Source of the DNA: Mesoaciditoga sp.
GTDB taxonomy: Bacteria > Thermotogota > Thermotogae > Mesoaciditogales > Mesoaciditogaceae
NCBI GenBank assembly: GCA_002878315.1
Contig: PNIW01000014.1
Coordinates: forward strand, 20,038-84,037
Length of the DNA stretch: 64,000 bases
Direction of reading: 5' to 3'
Part shown: positions 34,562-42,678 of the stretch, in pieces
Position numbering within the stretch: the stretch's first letter is position 1
Layout of the letters: every line of letters begins with the position of its first letter
Translations under genes and position numbers: made by a program
Notes under the pieces: model-generated
Told to the model about the DNA's origin: nothing
Database searches by the model: none
What the model saw: only the letters and a program-made list of their open reading frames with translations

Positions 34562-35740
34562 TTATTCCACCAAATTTTCAAAAAGTTTATCTAATATTTC
34601 AAGTGCATCCAGTTCATTTGCGCTTTTGAGCATATCTATTGTTTGTGACACATCCTTAGAGTGAGAGCCAAAGTTTTTGTCCTTCGAGATTATGGAATTT
34701 TCTATTTCTTCAATACTCATCGGACTTTCATTGTCTATTTCGCGCTCTTTATCTATCTGTTTTAAATTTACAGTGCAATTGAGGGCACCTCTTTTCTCCA
34801 TCCAAGATTCGTACTCTGAAAGATTAAGATTCAGCGGAGTTCCAAATGGTATCTCGACATTTATAAGGTACATGGCGCCTTTTTCTATGGAGGATTCGGA
34901 AAGGAGATGCAAAAATTGTTCTTCAAAATTTGAATCTTCATTTACCTTCAAATGCTTTTCTATTTTTTTCCTCCTGCGAGATTCGAAAAATTTCACGTCT
35001 TCTTTTTCGGTATCGTAAAGAAAAAAGCCTTTTTGTTCCGATTCTCTTATGTCCCAGTATTCAGGAGCGCCGGGAATAAAGACAAAAGATTTTCCTATTT
35101 TTTGTATAGATTTTGAATGAAGATGGCCTCCGGCTATGTATGAAAACTTACCATCGATACATTTGAAATCATTCGCGCTTACAAAGCCCGGCATCTTCAG
35201 ATCACCTATGCCTGTATGGATCAACATGATATTTCTATAATTACCGTCTATGCCGGAAAGCGCTTTTATGTATTCTGGAAAGTTTATCCCTTGGTATCCT
35301 ACACCGTAAAATCTCGTGTCTTTGATCTCGAGATAGCCCCCCTTTTTTCCGTTCCATGGATCAAAAAAGACCTCTCCATTTTTAACGGAAGGCCTCAAAA
35401 GGACGATATAAGATTTATTTTTTAAATATTCGAGCCACGAGACATTTTCGAAATCGAAAATCCTGTCGTGATTTCCCTCTATTGCGATGACCTTTATGCC
35501 AGCGTCTTTAAGACTTTTAAAGATCTCTTCAGCCCTTTCGAGCGTGTCCGGAGAAAGATCTTTTTTATCGAAAATGTCTCCAGAGATCATAAAGACGTCT
35601 ATATTCTGCGATATCGCGAAATCTGCTATGTATTTAAAGGCTCTAAAGAAGTCTTCGTACCTTTCCCTGAAATAGTCAGAGTAAATTGATCCGGAAACCT
35701 TTCTACCGAGGTGAAGATCGGAACAGTGCAAAATTCTCAA
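34562..35740 (-). CDS. sbcD: Mre11/SbcD nuclease
   Basis: HCSDLHLG, GDIFD, EGNHD, GGHLH phosphoesterase motifs; TTG 35740 after GGGGG SD. Confidence 0.9.
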   Translation of the reverse strand: MRILHCSDLHLGRKVSGSIYSDYFRERYEDFFRAFKYIADFAISQNIDVFMISGDIFDKKDLSPDTLERAEEIFKSLKDAGIKVIAIEGNHDRIFDFENVSWLEYLKNKSYIVLLRPSVKNGEVFFDPWNGKKGGYLEIKDTRFYGVGYQGINFPEYIKALSGIDGNYRNIMLIHTGIGDLKMPGFVSANDFKCIDGKFSYIAGGHLHSKSIQKIGKSFVFIPGAPEYWDIRESEQKGFFLYDTEKEDVKFFESRRRKKIEKHLKVNEDSNFEEQFLHLLSESSIEKGAMYLINVEIPFGTPLNLNLSEYESWMEKRGALNCTVNLKQIDKEREIDNESPMSIEEIENSIISKDKNFGSHSKDVSQTIDMLKSANELDALEILDKLFENLVE

Positions 35741-35799
35741 AATCTCGCCCCCTATTAGCCGAATATTATACAACAAAATTTTTAAAAATGCACAGAAAT

Positions 35800-35827
35800 A
35801 AAAAAAGCCCGATTTAATCGGGCTTTT
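35800..35827 (-). terminator. csp terminator
   Basis: AAAAGCCCGAT..ATCGGGCTTTT hairpin with a T-run on the - strand. Confidence 0.8.
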
Positions 35828-35849
35828 CGATTTTTGGCGTCAGTCAAAA

Positions 35850-36047
35850 TTAAGCAAGTCTAACGTTCGATGCCTGTTTCCCCTTGGATCCTTCTGTGAT
35901 GTCAAAGACAACACTCTGGTTTTCCTTGAGGTTCTTGTAACCGTCCATCTGAATTGCCGAGTAATGAACGAAAATATCATTCCCGTCTTCCATCGTTATG
36001 AAACCGTAGCCTTTCTTGGCATCGAACCACTTAACAGTACCTTTCAT
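35850..36047 (-). CDS. cspA: cold-shock protein
   Basis: [15 protein letters not shown] (RNP1), DIFVHYSAI (RNP2); SD AAGGAGGT. Confidence 0.93.
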   Translation of the reverse strand: MKGTVKWFDAKKGYGFITMEDGNDIFVHYSAIQMDGYKNLKENQSVVFDITEGSKGKQASNVRLA

Positions 36048-36095
36048 TTTGTTACCTCCTTAAAAATTATGGTTCATTCGAACCACACAAGTTTT

Positions 36096-36124
36096 ATTTT
36101 ACCACTTAATTAAATTAAAATCAA
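36096..36124 (-). promoter_or_regulatory. csp sigma70 promoter
   Basis: TTGATT-N17-TAAAAT with extended TG. Confidence 0.65.
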
Positions 36125-36164
36125 TACCAATTTTAGAACAAATTCATTCAATTGTATGTCTAAT

Positions 36165-36250
36165 TGATGTAATTTACCCCCATCCCCTTTCTTTGTTTTA
36201 CTAATTTTCTCCCTTACAAAGGATCCTCTTAAGGATCCTTTGTTGATTTA
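36165..36250 (+). ncRNA. candidate small RNA (CU-rich, 12-bp terminal hairpin)
   Basis: Orphan hairpin ACAAAGGATCCT-CTTA-AGGATCCTTTGT between divergent genes, preceded by CCCCATCCCCTTTC and TTCTCCCTT. Confidence 0.3.
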
Positions 36251-36298
36251 GACTAAATATGATTTGATATAATTATTTTAATTTTGCGTGGTGAGAAG

Positions 36299-36934
36299 AT
36301 GAATTATAAAAATTCGAAATTGTTGATCGTACTTTTGTTTGGAATTGCCATGGGATTTCTTGAATCTGTAGTTGTGGTCTATTTAAGGCAGATCTATTAT
36401 TCCCGTGGTTTTAGAACACATCTTGTCATTCCCTCGAATGTGATTCATATAGAGATGTTCAGAGAGATCATGACGATAATAATGATCTGGGCAGTCTCCT
36501 CACTTGCTGGAGAGAATAGATCCAGAAAGATTTATTATTTTATCTATCTTTTTGGAATATGGGATATATTTTATTACATTGGCCTTAAATTAATTCTGAA
36601 CTGGCCTCCTTCTATTTTAACGTGGGACATACTTTTTTTGGTGCCGACAGAATGGTTTGGGCCGGTACTGGCACCCGTTATAGTCTCCTTAACCTTTATT
36701 GCTTACGGCCTTATAATGATCTTTAAAAAAGAGAATCTTGATCTTGTCCAGTTATTAACAGGTCTGGGCGGCGGAATCCTGATCTTTACGTCTTTTGTAA
36801 CTGCCGATGCGAACAAATTGAATTATAACTGGTATATCTTTTCTGTCGGCGAGGGATTGATTTTGATCTCGATGATAGCAAAATTCGTTAAAAAAATTAG
36901 CAATTCTAAGAAAAAAGATGAGAATTGCGACTAA
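36299..36934 (+). CDS. conserved-looking hypothetical membrane protein
   Basis: Several TMs with motif-like AMGFLESVVVVYLR, E..RE..T, FGIWDIFYY, WDILFLVP..W.GPVLAP; own TGnTATAAT promoter and terminator. Confidence 0.7.
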   Translation: MNYKNSKLLIVLLFGIAMGFLESVVVVYLRQIYYSRGFRTHLVIPSNVIHIEMFREIMTIIMIWAVSSLAGENRSRKIYYFIYLFGIWDIFYYIGLKLILNWPPSILTWDILFLVPTEWFGPVLAPVIVSLTFIAYGLIMIFKKENLDLVQLLTGLGGGILIFTSFVTADANKLNYNWYIFSVGEGLILISMIAKFVKKISNSKKKDENCD

Positions 36935-36967
36935 TTAGCAACAATAACCAAAAAACGCAAATAAATG

Positions 36968-36996
36968 GCCGAAATATTTTTTATTCGGCTTTTTTT
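36968..36996 (+). terminator. intrinsic terminator
   Basis: GCCGAA...TTCGGC followed by T7. Confidence 0.65.
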
Positions 36997-37010
36997 ATTT
37001 TTTGTAATTG

Positions 37011-37039
37011 TGGTATATTAGAAATGTAAATGTTTTCAT
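37011..37039 (+). promoter_or_regulatory. extended -10 promoter and LacI-type operator
   Basis: TGGTATATT followed by ATGTAAATGTTTTCAT, close to the LacI-family consensus TGnAAnCGnTTnCA. Confidence 0.6.
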
Positions 37040-37061
37040 TATCGTATTTTAAGGGGAAATT

Positions 37062-38039
37062 ATGGTAAGTATTAAGGATGTTGCAAAGACAGCAGGGGTT
37101 TCGATAGCAACCGTTTCAAGAGTTTTTAACTCTCCTCAGCTTGTCAGTCCCCGGACAAGGGCAAAGGTTTATTTAGTTGCCCAAAAATTGAATTACATTC
37201 CAAATTATTCTGCAAAAACTTTAAGGAAGTCAATAGTCGGATCCATAATAGTCCTTATTCCAGATGTCTCAAACCTCTTTTTCATAGACGTGGTGCACGG
37301 AGTCCAGGATTACGCTGAATCGAGAAATTACAACGTCCTTATGGGTAGATTTAACATTTCCATCTTCAACGTCGAAAAGTATTTCCATCTTGTCAAATCT
37401 AAAGCGGCAGATGGAATAGTACTCGCAACAGGTCACGACAGAGTTTATCCGAGGATATCGGACGCACAGGATGTAAATATCGTAACAATAGAAGAGCCAT
37501 ATATGAATAATCCGTATGTTTACATAGATAACTTTAAGGCGGTAAAACAGGTTATAGATTATCTTCTGTCAAAGGGGTACAAAAGATTTGGATTTATAGG
37601 ATTCAAAAGTGAAAGATCGCGATTCAATGCCTTTAAAAGGATCATAGAAGAAAACGGGATAGAGTACGATGAAAGCCTTGTAAGACTTGGAGAAGAAACT
37701 GCCGAAGACATGCCAGAGAGTGCGAGAATATACGTAAAAAATATTGTTGAGATGAAAAAGATTCCTGATGTGGTAGTCTGCGCATCAGATGTTTTGGCTG
37801 CAGGAGCGATAAAATGGCTTATAAAATCTGGACTGAGGGTGCCGAAAGATGTCGCGGTAACGGGATTCGACGGAGTTGATATAGCCAATCTTGTAACCCC
37901 GAGCATAACGACGGTAGACCAGCCGCGCCACAGAATGGGGATGGAGGCCGCCAGAATTTTGATAAACAAAATAGAGGGAAAGGATTTCGAGGAAAGGGTA
38001 ATTTTGCCTACAAGACTGATAATCGGGGAATCAGCGTAA
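37062..38039 (+). CDS. LacI family transcriptional regulator
   Basis: SIKDVAKTAGVSIATVSRV HTH, VPKDVAVTGFDG, ITTVDQP. Confidence 0.95.
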   Translation: MVSIKDVAKTAGVSIATVSRVFNSPQLVSPRTRAKVYLVAQKLNYIPNYSAKTLRKSIVGSIIVLIPDVSNLFFIDVVHGVQDYAESRNYNVLMGRFNISIFNVEKYFHLVKSKAADGIVLATGHDRVYPRISDAQDVNIVTIEEPYMNNPYVYIDNFKAVKQVIDYLLSKGYKRFGFIGFKSERSRFNAFKRIIEENGIEYDESLVRLGEETAEDMPESARIYVKNIVEMKKIPDVVVCASDVLAAGAIKWLIKSGLRVPKDVAVTGFDGVDIANLVTPSITTVDQPRHRMGMEAARILINKIEGKDFEERVILPTRLIIGESA

Positions 38040-38124
38040 GTTCAAAAATAGATAAAAATAGAAAAACAGATAAAAAATAAATATACGCCATATGGCGAAT
38101 TTAAAGGATAAAGGAGGGATTTTT

Positions 38125-39369
38125 GTGAAACGTAGTATTTTTTTAGCAATCACGCTGATGATTGCCCTTGTGATTTCTTCCTTTGCAACCGTTACCATAG
38201 TCATGACGGCAGGAGCGGTAGGGGCGGAACTTCAGGTCCTTCAGACACAGATAAAAGAGTTCATGCAACAAAATCCTGATATCAAGGTCGTCTTGATGCC
38301 GATGCCAAACTCAACAACGGATAGGTACAACTTGGACGTAACTTACCTGAGTGCTCAGATGCCGGTACCTGATGTTCTATTCCTTGATACGATAGATCCA
38401 CCTGCTTTTGCTGATTTCCTTGTAAATCTTAAACCTTATTTCACCGATCAGGAACTTTCACAATTCTTCCAGGGAGCCATAGACAACGATACCTACAACG
38501 GAAGACTTGTCGCGATACCATGGTTTGTCGATGCCGGCATACTCTACTACAGAGCCGACCTGCTTCAGAAATACGGATTCCAGCCGCCAAAAACATGGGA
38601 TCAACTCATTGAGGAGGCCCAGTACATATCTCAAAGAGAAAATATCCAGGGCTTTGTCTGGCAGGGTGCCGCCTATGAAGGTTTAACATGCGATTTCATG
38701 GAGTTCGTCCACTCTTACGGTGGCAATATTCTTGATGAAAATGGTAAGGTTGTATCCGACAGTCCGCAGGTGAAAACTGCGCTTCAGACGATGTACGATA
38801 TGATCTACAAGTACAAGATATCTCCAGTTGGAGTTACAACCTATCAGGAAGAGGATGCGCGCCATATCTTCCAGAATGGCGATGCCGTCTTCATGAGAAA
38901 CTGGCCGTATTGCTGGCCATTGCTCCAGGCCACCGATTCTGCAGTAAGAGGTAAGGTCGGAGTTGAAGTCCTTCCAGAAGGTACGGGATTCCCAGGAGTT
39001 CACCATTCTGCCACTCTCGGTGGATGGGAACTTGCCATAAACAAATATAGCGAGCATATTCCCGAGGCCGTGAAATTGATAAAGTTCCTTACATCTCCTC
39101 AGCAGGAAGCCTATAAGGCTATAAATGCAGGTCAGGCTCCTTCTGTACTCTCCGTTTACAACGATCCTGCAGTTATAAAAGCAGTGCCATTGTTCAAATC
39201 TCTGTACAATGTCTTTATGAATGCAGAACCGAGGCCGAAATCTCCAATATACGCTCAAATTTCCCAGATCATCTACGATAACGTTAACGCGGCACTGACA
39301 AAACAGGAGACAGTCGATCAGGCTATATCCCGGATGACATCCCAATTGAAACAATTACTCGGTCAATAA
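38125..39369 (+). CDS. sugar ABC transporter substrate-binding protein (trehalose/maltose/alpha-glucoside type)
   Basis: Signal peptide, AIPWFVDAGILYYR, QGAAYEGLTC, FMRNWPY, ATLGGW, RP; GTG 38125 after GGAGG. Confidence 0.87.
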   Translation: MKRSIFLAITLMIALVISSFATVTIVMTAGAVGAELQVLQTQIKEFMQQNPDIKVVLMPMPNSTTDRYNLDVTYLSAQMPVPDVLFLDTIDPPAFADFLVNLKPYFTDQELSQFFQGAIDNDTYNGRLVAIPWFVDAGILYYRADLLQKYGFQPPKTWDQLIEEAQYISQRENIQGFVWQGAAYEGLTCDFMEFVHSYGGNILDENGKVVSDSPQVKTALQTMYDMIYKYKISPVGVTTYQEEDARHIFQNGDAVFMRNWPYCWPLLQATDSAVRGKVGVEVLPEGTGFPGVHHSATLGGWELAINKYSEHIPEAVKLIKFLTSPQQEAYKAINAGQAPSVLSVYNDPAVIKAVPLFKSLYNVFMNAEPRPKSPIYAQISQIIYDNVNAALTKQETVDQAISRMTSQLKQLLGQ

Positions 39370-39375
39370 AAGTTT

Positions 39376-39402
39376 ACCGTGCGGTTTCCCCGCACGGTTT
39401 TT
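39376..39402 (+). terminator. intra-operon hairpin after the binding-protein gene
   Basis: ACCGTGCGG-TTTCC-CCGCACGGT plus TTTT. Confidence 0.65.
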
Positions 39403-39418
39403 ATGAAAGGAGAGTTCA

Positions 39419-40324
39419 ATGCTGAAAACAAAGAATGATCCTCTTCACAAAAGCGATCCGGCTTACGCTTTAATTTTTATAATACCTTCCATTGTCGTCA
39501 TAGCCTTTGTGGCCTTCTGGCCACTGGCGCAGACCTTTTACAACAGTTTATACAAGTCTGCCTTGATGTTTCCTCAGAACAAAGTTTTCGTAGGACTTTC
39601 CAATTACGGCGCATTGTGGCAGGATCCAAGGTTTGTAAATGATTTATGGAACACGATAAGATTCACCGCGTGGTCTGTCGGGATAGAAACGGTTCTTGGT
39701 ATACTTGTAGCATTGATGCTCAACAAAAAATTCAAATTAAGAGGCCTTGTCAGGGCAGCCGTACTTGTTCCATGGGCAATTCCAACAGTTGTGTCTTCGG
39801 AGATGTGGAGATGGATGTATAACGATAATTATGGGGTTATAAATTCCATACTTATGTCTCTACACATAGTCAAACAACCTGTAGTCTTTTTAGCCTTTCC
39901 ATCAACGGCTATGCCGGCTATAATAAGCGTTGACGTATGGAAGACCACTCCATTTATGGTTTTACTTATTCTTGCGGGTTTGCAGTTAATACCAGAAGAA
40001 CTTTACGAAGCGGCTAGAATAGACGGAGCAAATGCATGGCAAAGGTTCTGGTCTGTAACATTTCCAATGATAAGGCCAACTATAGGGATCGCTTTGATCT
40101 TTAGAAGTCTCGATGCGATGCGTGTTTTCGATATTGTCTTCATAATGACAAAGGGCGCGGCAAATACAGAAACATTGTCCGTTTACAACCAGTGGACGCT
40201 CTTTACAAGAGGTTTTATCCAGCCTTACTTCGGTTATGGAAGTGCCATGTCGGTCATGATATTTTTGATCATAGGCGTCCTTGCGATCTTCTACGTTAAA
40301 ATGATGAAAATACGTCTCGATTGA
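39419..40324 (+). CDS. sugar ABC transporter permease (MalF-like)
   Basis: ELYEAARIDGA EAA loop, PWAIP, WKTTPF. Confidence 0.92.
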   Translation: MLKTKNDPLHKSDPAYALIFIIPSIVVIAFVAFWPLAQTFYNSLYKSALMFPQNKVFVGLSNYGALWQDPRFVNDLWNTIRFTAWSVGIETVLGILVALMLNKKFKLRGLVRAAVLVPWAIPTVVSSEMWRWMYNDNYGVINSILMSLHIVKQPVVFLAFPSTAMPAIISVDVWKTTPFMVLLILAGLQLIPEELYEAARIDGANAWQRFWSVTFPMIRPTIGIALIFRSLDAMRVFDIVFIMTKGAANTETLSVYNQWTLFTRGFIQPYFGYGSAMSVMIFLIIGVLAIFYVKMMKIRLD

Positions 40325-41166
40325 AGGTGTCGATCATGAAGCATAAGAATTTTAGAAAGGTGATTTTTTACATAGGTGTTATAATCGTGCTCGTGTATTT
40401 TCTCTTTCCTTTTTACTGGGCCATTGTTTCTTCGATAAGGCCACCAGAAGAACTTTTTTCCTCTCATCCATCTTTGATACCATTTCATTTCGATTTCGAA
40501 AGTTATGTTCAGGTCTTTACCGAAAGGCCATTTGCTTTGAATATATTGAACAGCACAATTGTTGCAGGTTCTGCAACTTTGCTCTGTCTTGTGGTAGGAT
40601 CGATAGCGGCGTACGCAATAGCAAGGTTGAAATTTGCCGGAAAAGTTGGAGTCATGATCTTGATACTCATGGTAAGTATGTTCCCGCAGGTATCTATTCT
40701 TGGAGCACTCTTTCAGATTTTGAGATCATTTAAACTCATAAATACCTATCCGGGTCTTATAATACCTTACATAGCCCTTACCTTGCCTTTGACGGTTTGG
40801 ACATTACAGAATTTCTTTAGAGATATGCCACACGAACTTGAAGAGGCCGCATATATGGATGGTAGCGGGAAGTTTGGCACCTTCTGGAGAGTTATCCTTC
40901 CACTCGCCGTACCTGGGCTTGTAGCGACTGGACTTTTGACCTTCATATTTTCATGGAATGAATTTCTCTTTGCTCTGACCTTTGAACAGATTCCCAGTAT
41001 GTACACGGTTCCCGTTGCGATATCGATGTTCACGGGTTATTATGTCGTTCCGTGGGGACAGATAATGGCGGCATCGGTAATAGTTACAGCACCTCTTGTT
41101 ATTCTTGTTCTGATCTTCCAAAATAGAATAATAGCGGGGATGACGGCCGGGGCAGTAAAGGGTTAA
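40321..41166 (+). CDS. sugar ABC transporter permease (MalG-like)
   Basis: ELEEAAYMDG, SWNEF, GMTAGAVKG terminus. Confidence 0.92.
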   Translation: MKVSIMKHKNFRKVIFYIGVIIVLVYFLFPFYWAIVSSIRPPEELFSSHPSLIPFHFDFESYVQVFTERPFALNILNSTIVAGSATLLCLVVGSIAAYAIARLKFAGKVGVMILILMVSMFPQVSILGALFQILRSFKLINTYPGLIIPYIALTLPLTVWTLQNFFRDMPHELEEAAYMDGSGKFGTFWRVILPLAVPGLVATGLLTFIFSWNEFLFALTFEQIPSMYTVPVAISMFTGYYVVPWGQIMAASVIVTAPLVILVLIFQNRIIAGMTAGAVKG

Positions 41167-41194
41167 CAGATCGCTGTAAGGCGATCTGATTTTT
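41167..41194. terminator. terminator between convergent genes
   Basis: CAGATCGC-TGTAAG-GCGATCTG plus ATTTTT. Confidence 0.6.
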
Positions 41195-42452
41195 ATGAAC
41201 TCTTCTCTAACTTTATTCTGTAAACATAGTAAAATGCCGCTAATCTTGCCAAAAATGTTATAAAAAAGATTATCCTGTAATCGTTGAATGTCAACCCCAA
41301 GAATTTGAAATTCACCTCTGCAAAGATTATTACGAAAAGACCGGAGATTATATTCCCCACAAAAGAGGAGAGATTTACCAAACTTGAATAAACTGAGAGT
41401 GCCTCTGTTTTTCCGGATGTGGGTGCAACATTTAACAATGTGTTAAATGACATCAAACCGAGGCCGGCATTTGCAACTATTCCTATGATGACCTGAAACG
41501 GCAACATGTAAAGCAATGAAGGAAGTGCTAAAGACCATCCTAACATCAAAAAGGACCTTAAAAAGGCGACTATTTTCAACATTTTGAAAGATCCGTATTT
41601 GTCTCCAAGACGGCCCCACACAGGTTGGGCAAAAGCCGCGGCGAGACTTGATACTATCGTGATTAATCCAAGTATTGCGTAACTGTAGTGAAAATCGTCT
41701 ATCATCATGACGGTCGGATATGGTCCGGCAATCGTTCCTGTAAATGTCAAAAGAATGTAGGCTACAAGGAATTTCCTGTAATCTCCTTTCATTTTAAGCA
41801 CTTCAATCAAGACATGAGGATTAAGCATATTGCCGGACGGAGAAGGATCCTCATCCTGGATTTTTAGAGCGTACACATCGAATGCTCCAAAGATGGAACC
41901 TATGGCAAACATTGTGAAAAATGCCCAAAATCCTCCTCCAAGGGCGTCAAGAATGTAACCTGCTATTAAAGTAGCAGGCACAGAGATGAGGCCCGTTATG
42001 AGGTTTCTAAGTCCAAAGTACCTTCCGCGAACTCGCTGGTCTACGAGTTCGGTCATCCACGACTGCCATGCCGGGCCTGCCGAAGATGTGACTATCTGAA
42101 AGAAGAAAAATATGAATAGGGCAATCCATACCCTTACGCCGCTATTTATAAGATCGGCAAGAATGAGTGTAAGGAATACAGGCCTTGCAAGTAAGGCCAT
42201 GATTAATATGAATTTCTTTTTGCTTTTGAAAGTTCTTGCTATTATTAAGGAGAAAGGTTGTAAAACACTTGCAAGAGGAATAAGGGCTCCGTATATTGAC
42301 ATTATGAAAGGCGTTGCACCGAGCCAGAGAAAAAATCCCACAAGGTAAGAATTTCCCCCAAAACCTCCGGTAAATGATCCCCAGACTGTGGCTAAACTGC
42401 CTTCAATTATTGAAATCTTTCTCGCATGTGCCTTTTGATCTTCAGTAAGCAT
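41193..42452 (-). CDS. MFS transporter
   Basis: About 12 TMs, WQSWMTELV..RGRYFG, WGRLGDKYG motif A. Confidence 0.85.
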   Translation of the reverse strand: MLTEDQKAHARKISIIEGSLATVWGSFTGGFGGNSYLVGFFLWLGATPFIMSIYGALIPLASVLQPFSLIIARTFKSKKKFILIMALLARPVFLTLILADLINSGVRVWIALFIFFFFQIVTSSAGPAWQSWMTELVDQRVRGRYFGLRNLITGLISVPATLIAGYILDALGGGFWAFFTMFAIGSIFGAFDVYALKIQDEDPSPSGNMLNPHVLIEVLKMKGDYRKFLVAYILLTFTGTIAGPYPTVMMIDDFHYSYAILGLITIVSSLAAAFAQPVWGRLGDKYGSFKMLKIVAFLRSFLMLGWSLALPSLLYMLPFQVIIGIVANAGLGLMSFNTLLNVAPTSGKTEALSVYSSLVNLSSFVGNIISGLFVIIFAEVNFKFLGLTFNDYRIIFFITFLARLAAFYYVYRIKLEKSS

Positions 42453-42598
42453 CTAAAAAGAAGTCCTCCTTGTTTTTTTATTATATCCCAAATCGTTCTG
42501 ATTCTAAAATCGCATCAGTTAAAGCTATCTACTATTTCTTCATATAAAATCAATTTTGTATTTCTTAATGTTAACTTTGTAATATTAAGTATAAATAC

Positions 42599-42627
42599 TT
42601 GACATGAATTTCGATTTGATTTATAAT
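42599..42627 (+). promoter_or_regulatory. perfect sigma70 consensus promoter of the peptide ABC operon
   Basis: TTGACA-N17-TATAAT. Confidence 0.85.
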
Positions 42628-42678
42628 TTATAGCGCTTCTTCACATATCATTTAAAAAAATCGAAAGGGGGTTTTAAG

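Noticed and set aside
31924-35740. SMC ATPase plus nuclease as a Wadjet or Lamassu defence system
   Set aside because: Motifs and order match ordinary SbcD-SbcC; no kleisin, KITE or effector genes
36048-36095. cspA-like long thermosensor 5' UTR
   Set aside because: The predicted leader is only about 40 nt with one small hairpin
38043-38082. A-rich repeats (AAAATAGATAAAAATAGAAAAACAGATAAAAA)
   Set aside because: Low complexity, with no spacers or structure; not a CRISPR array
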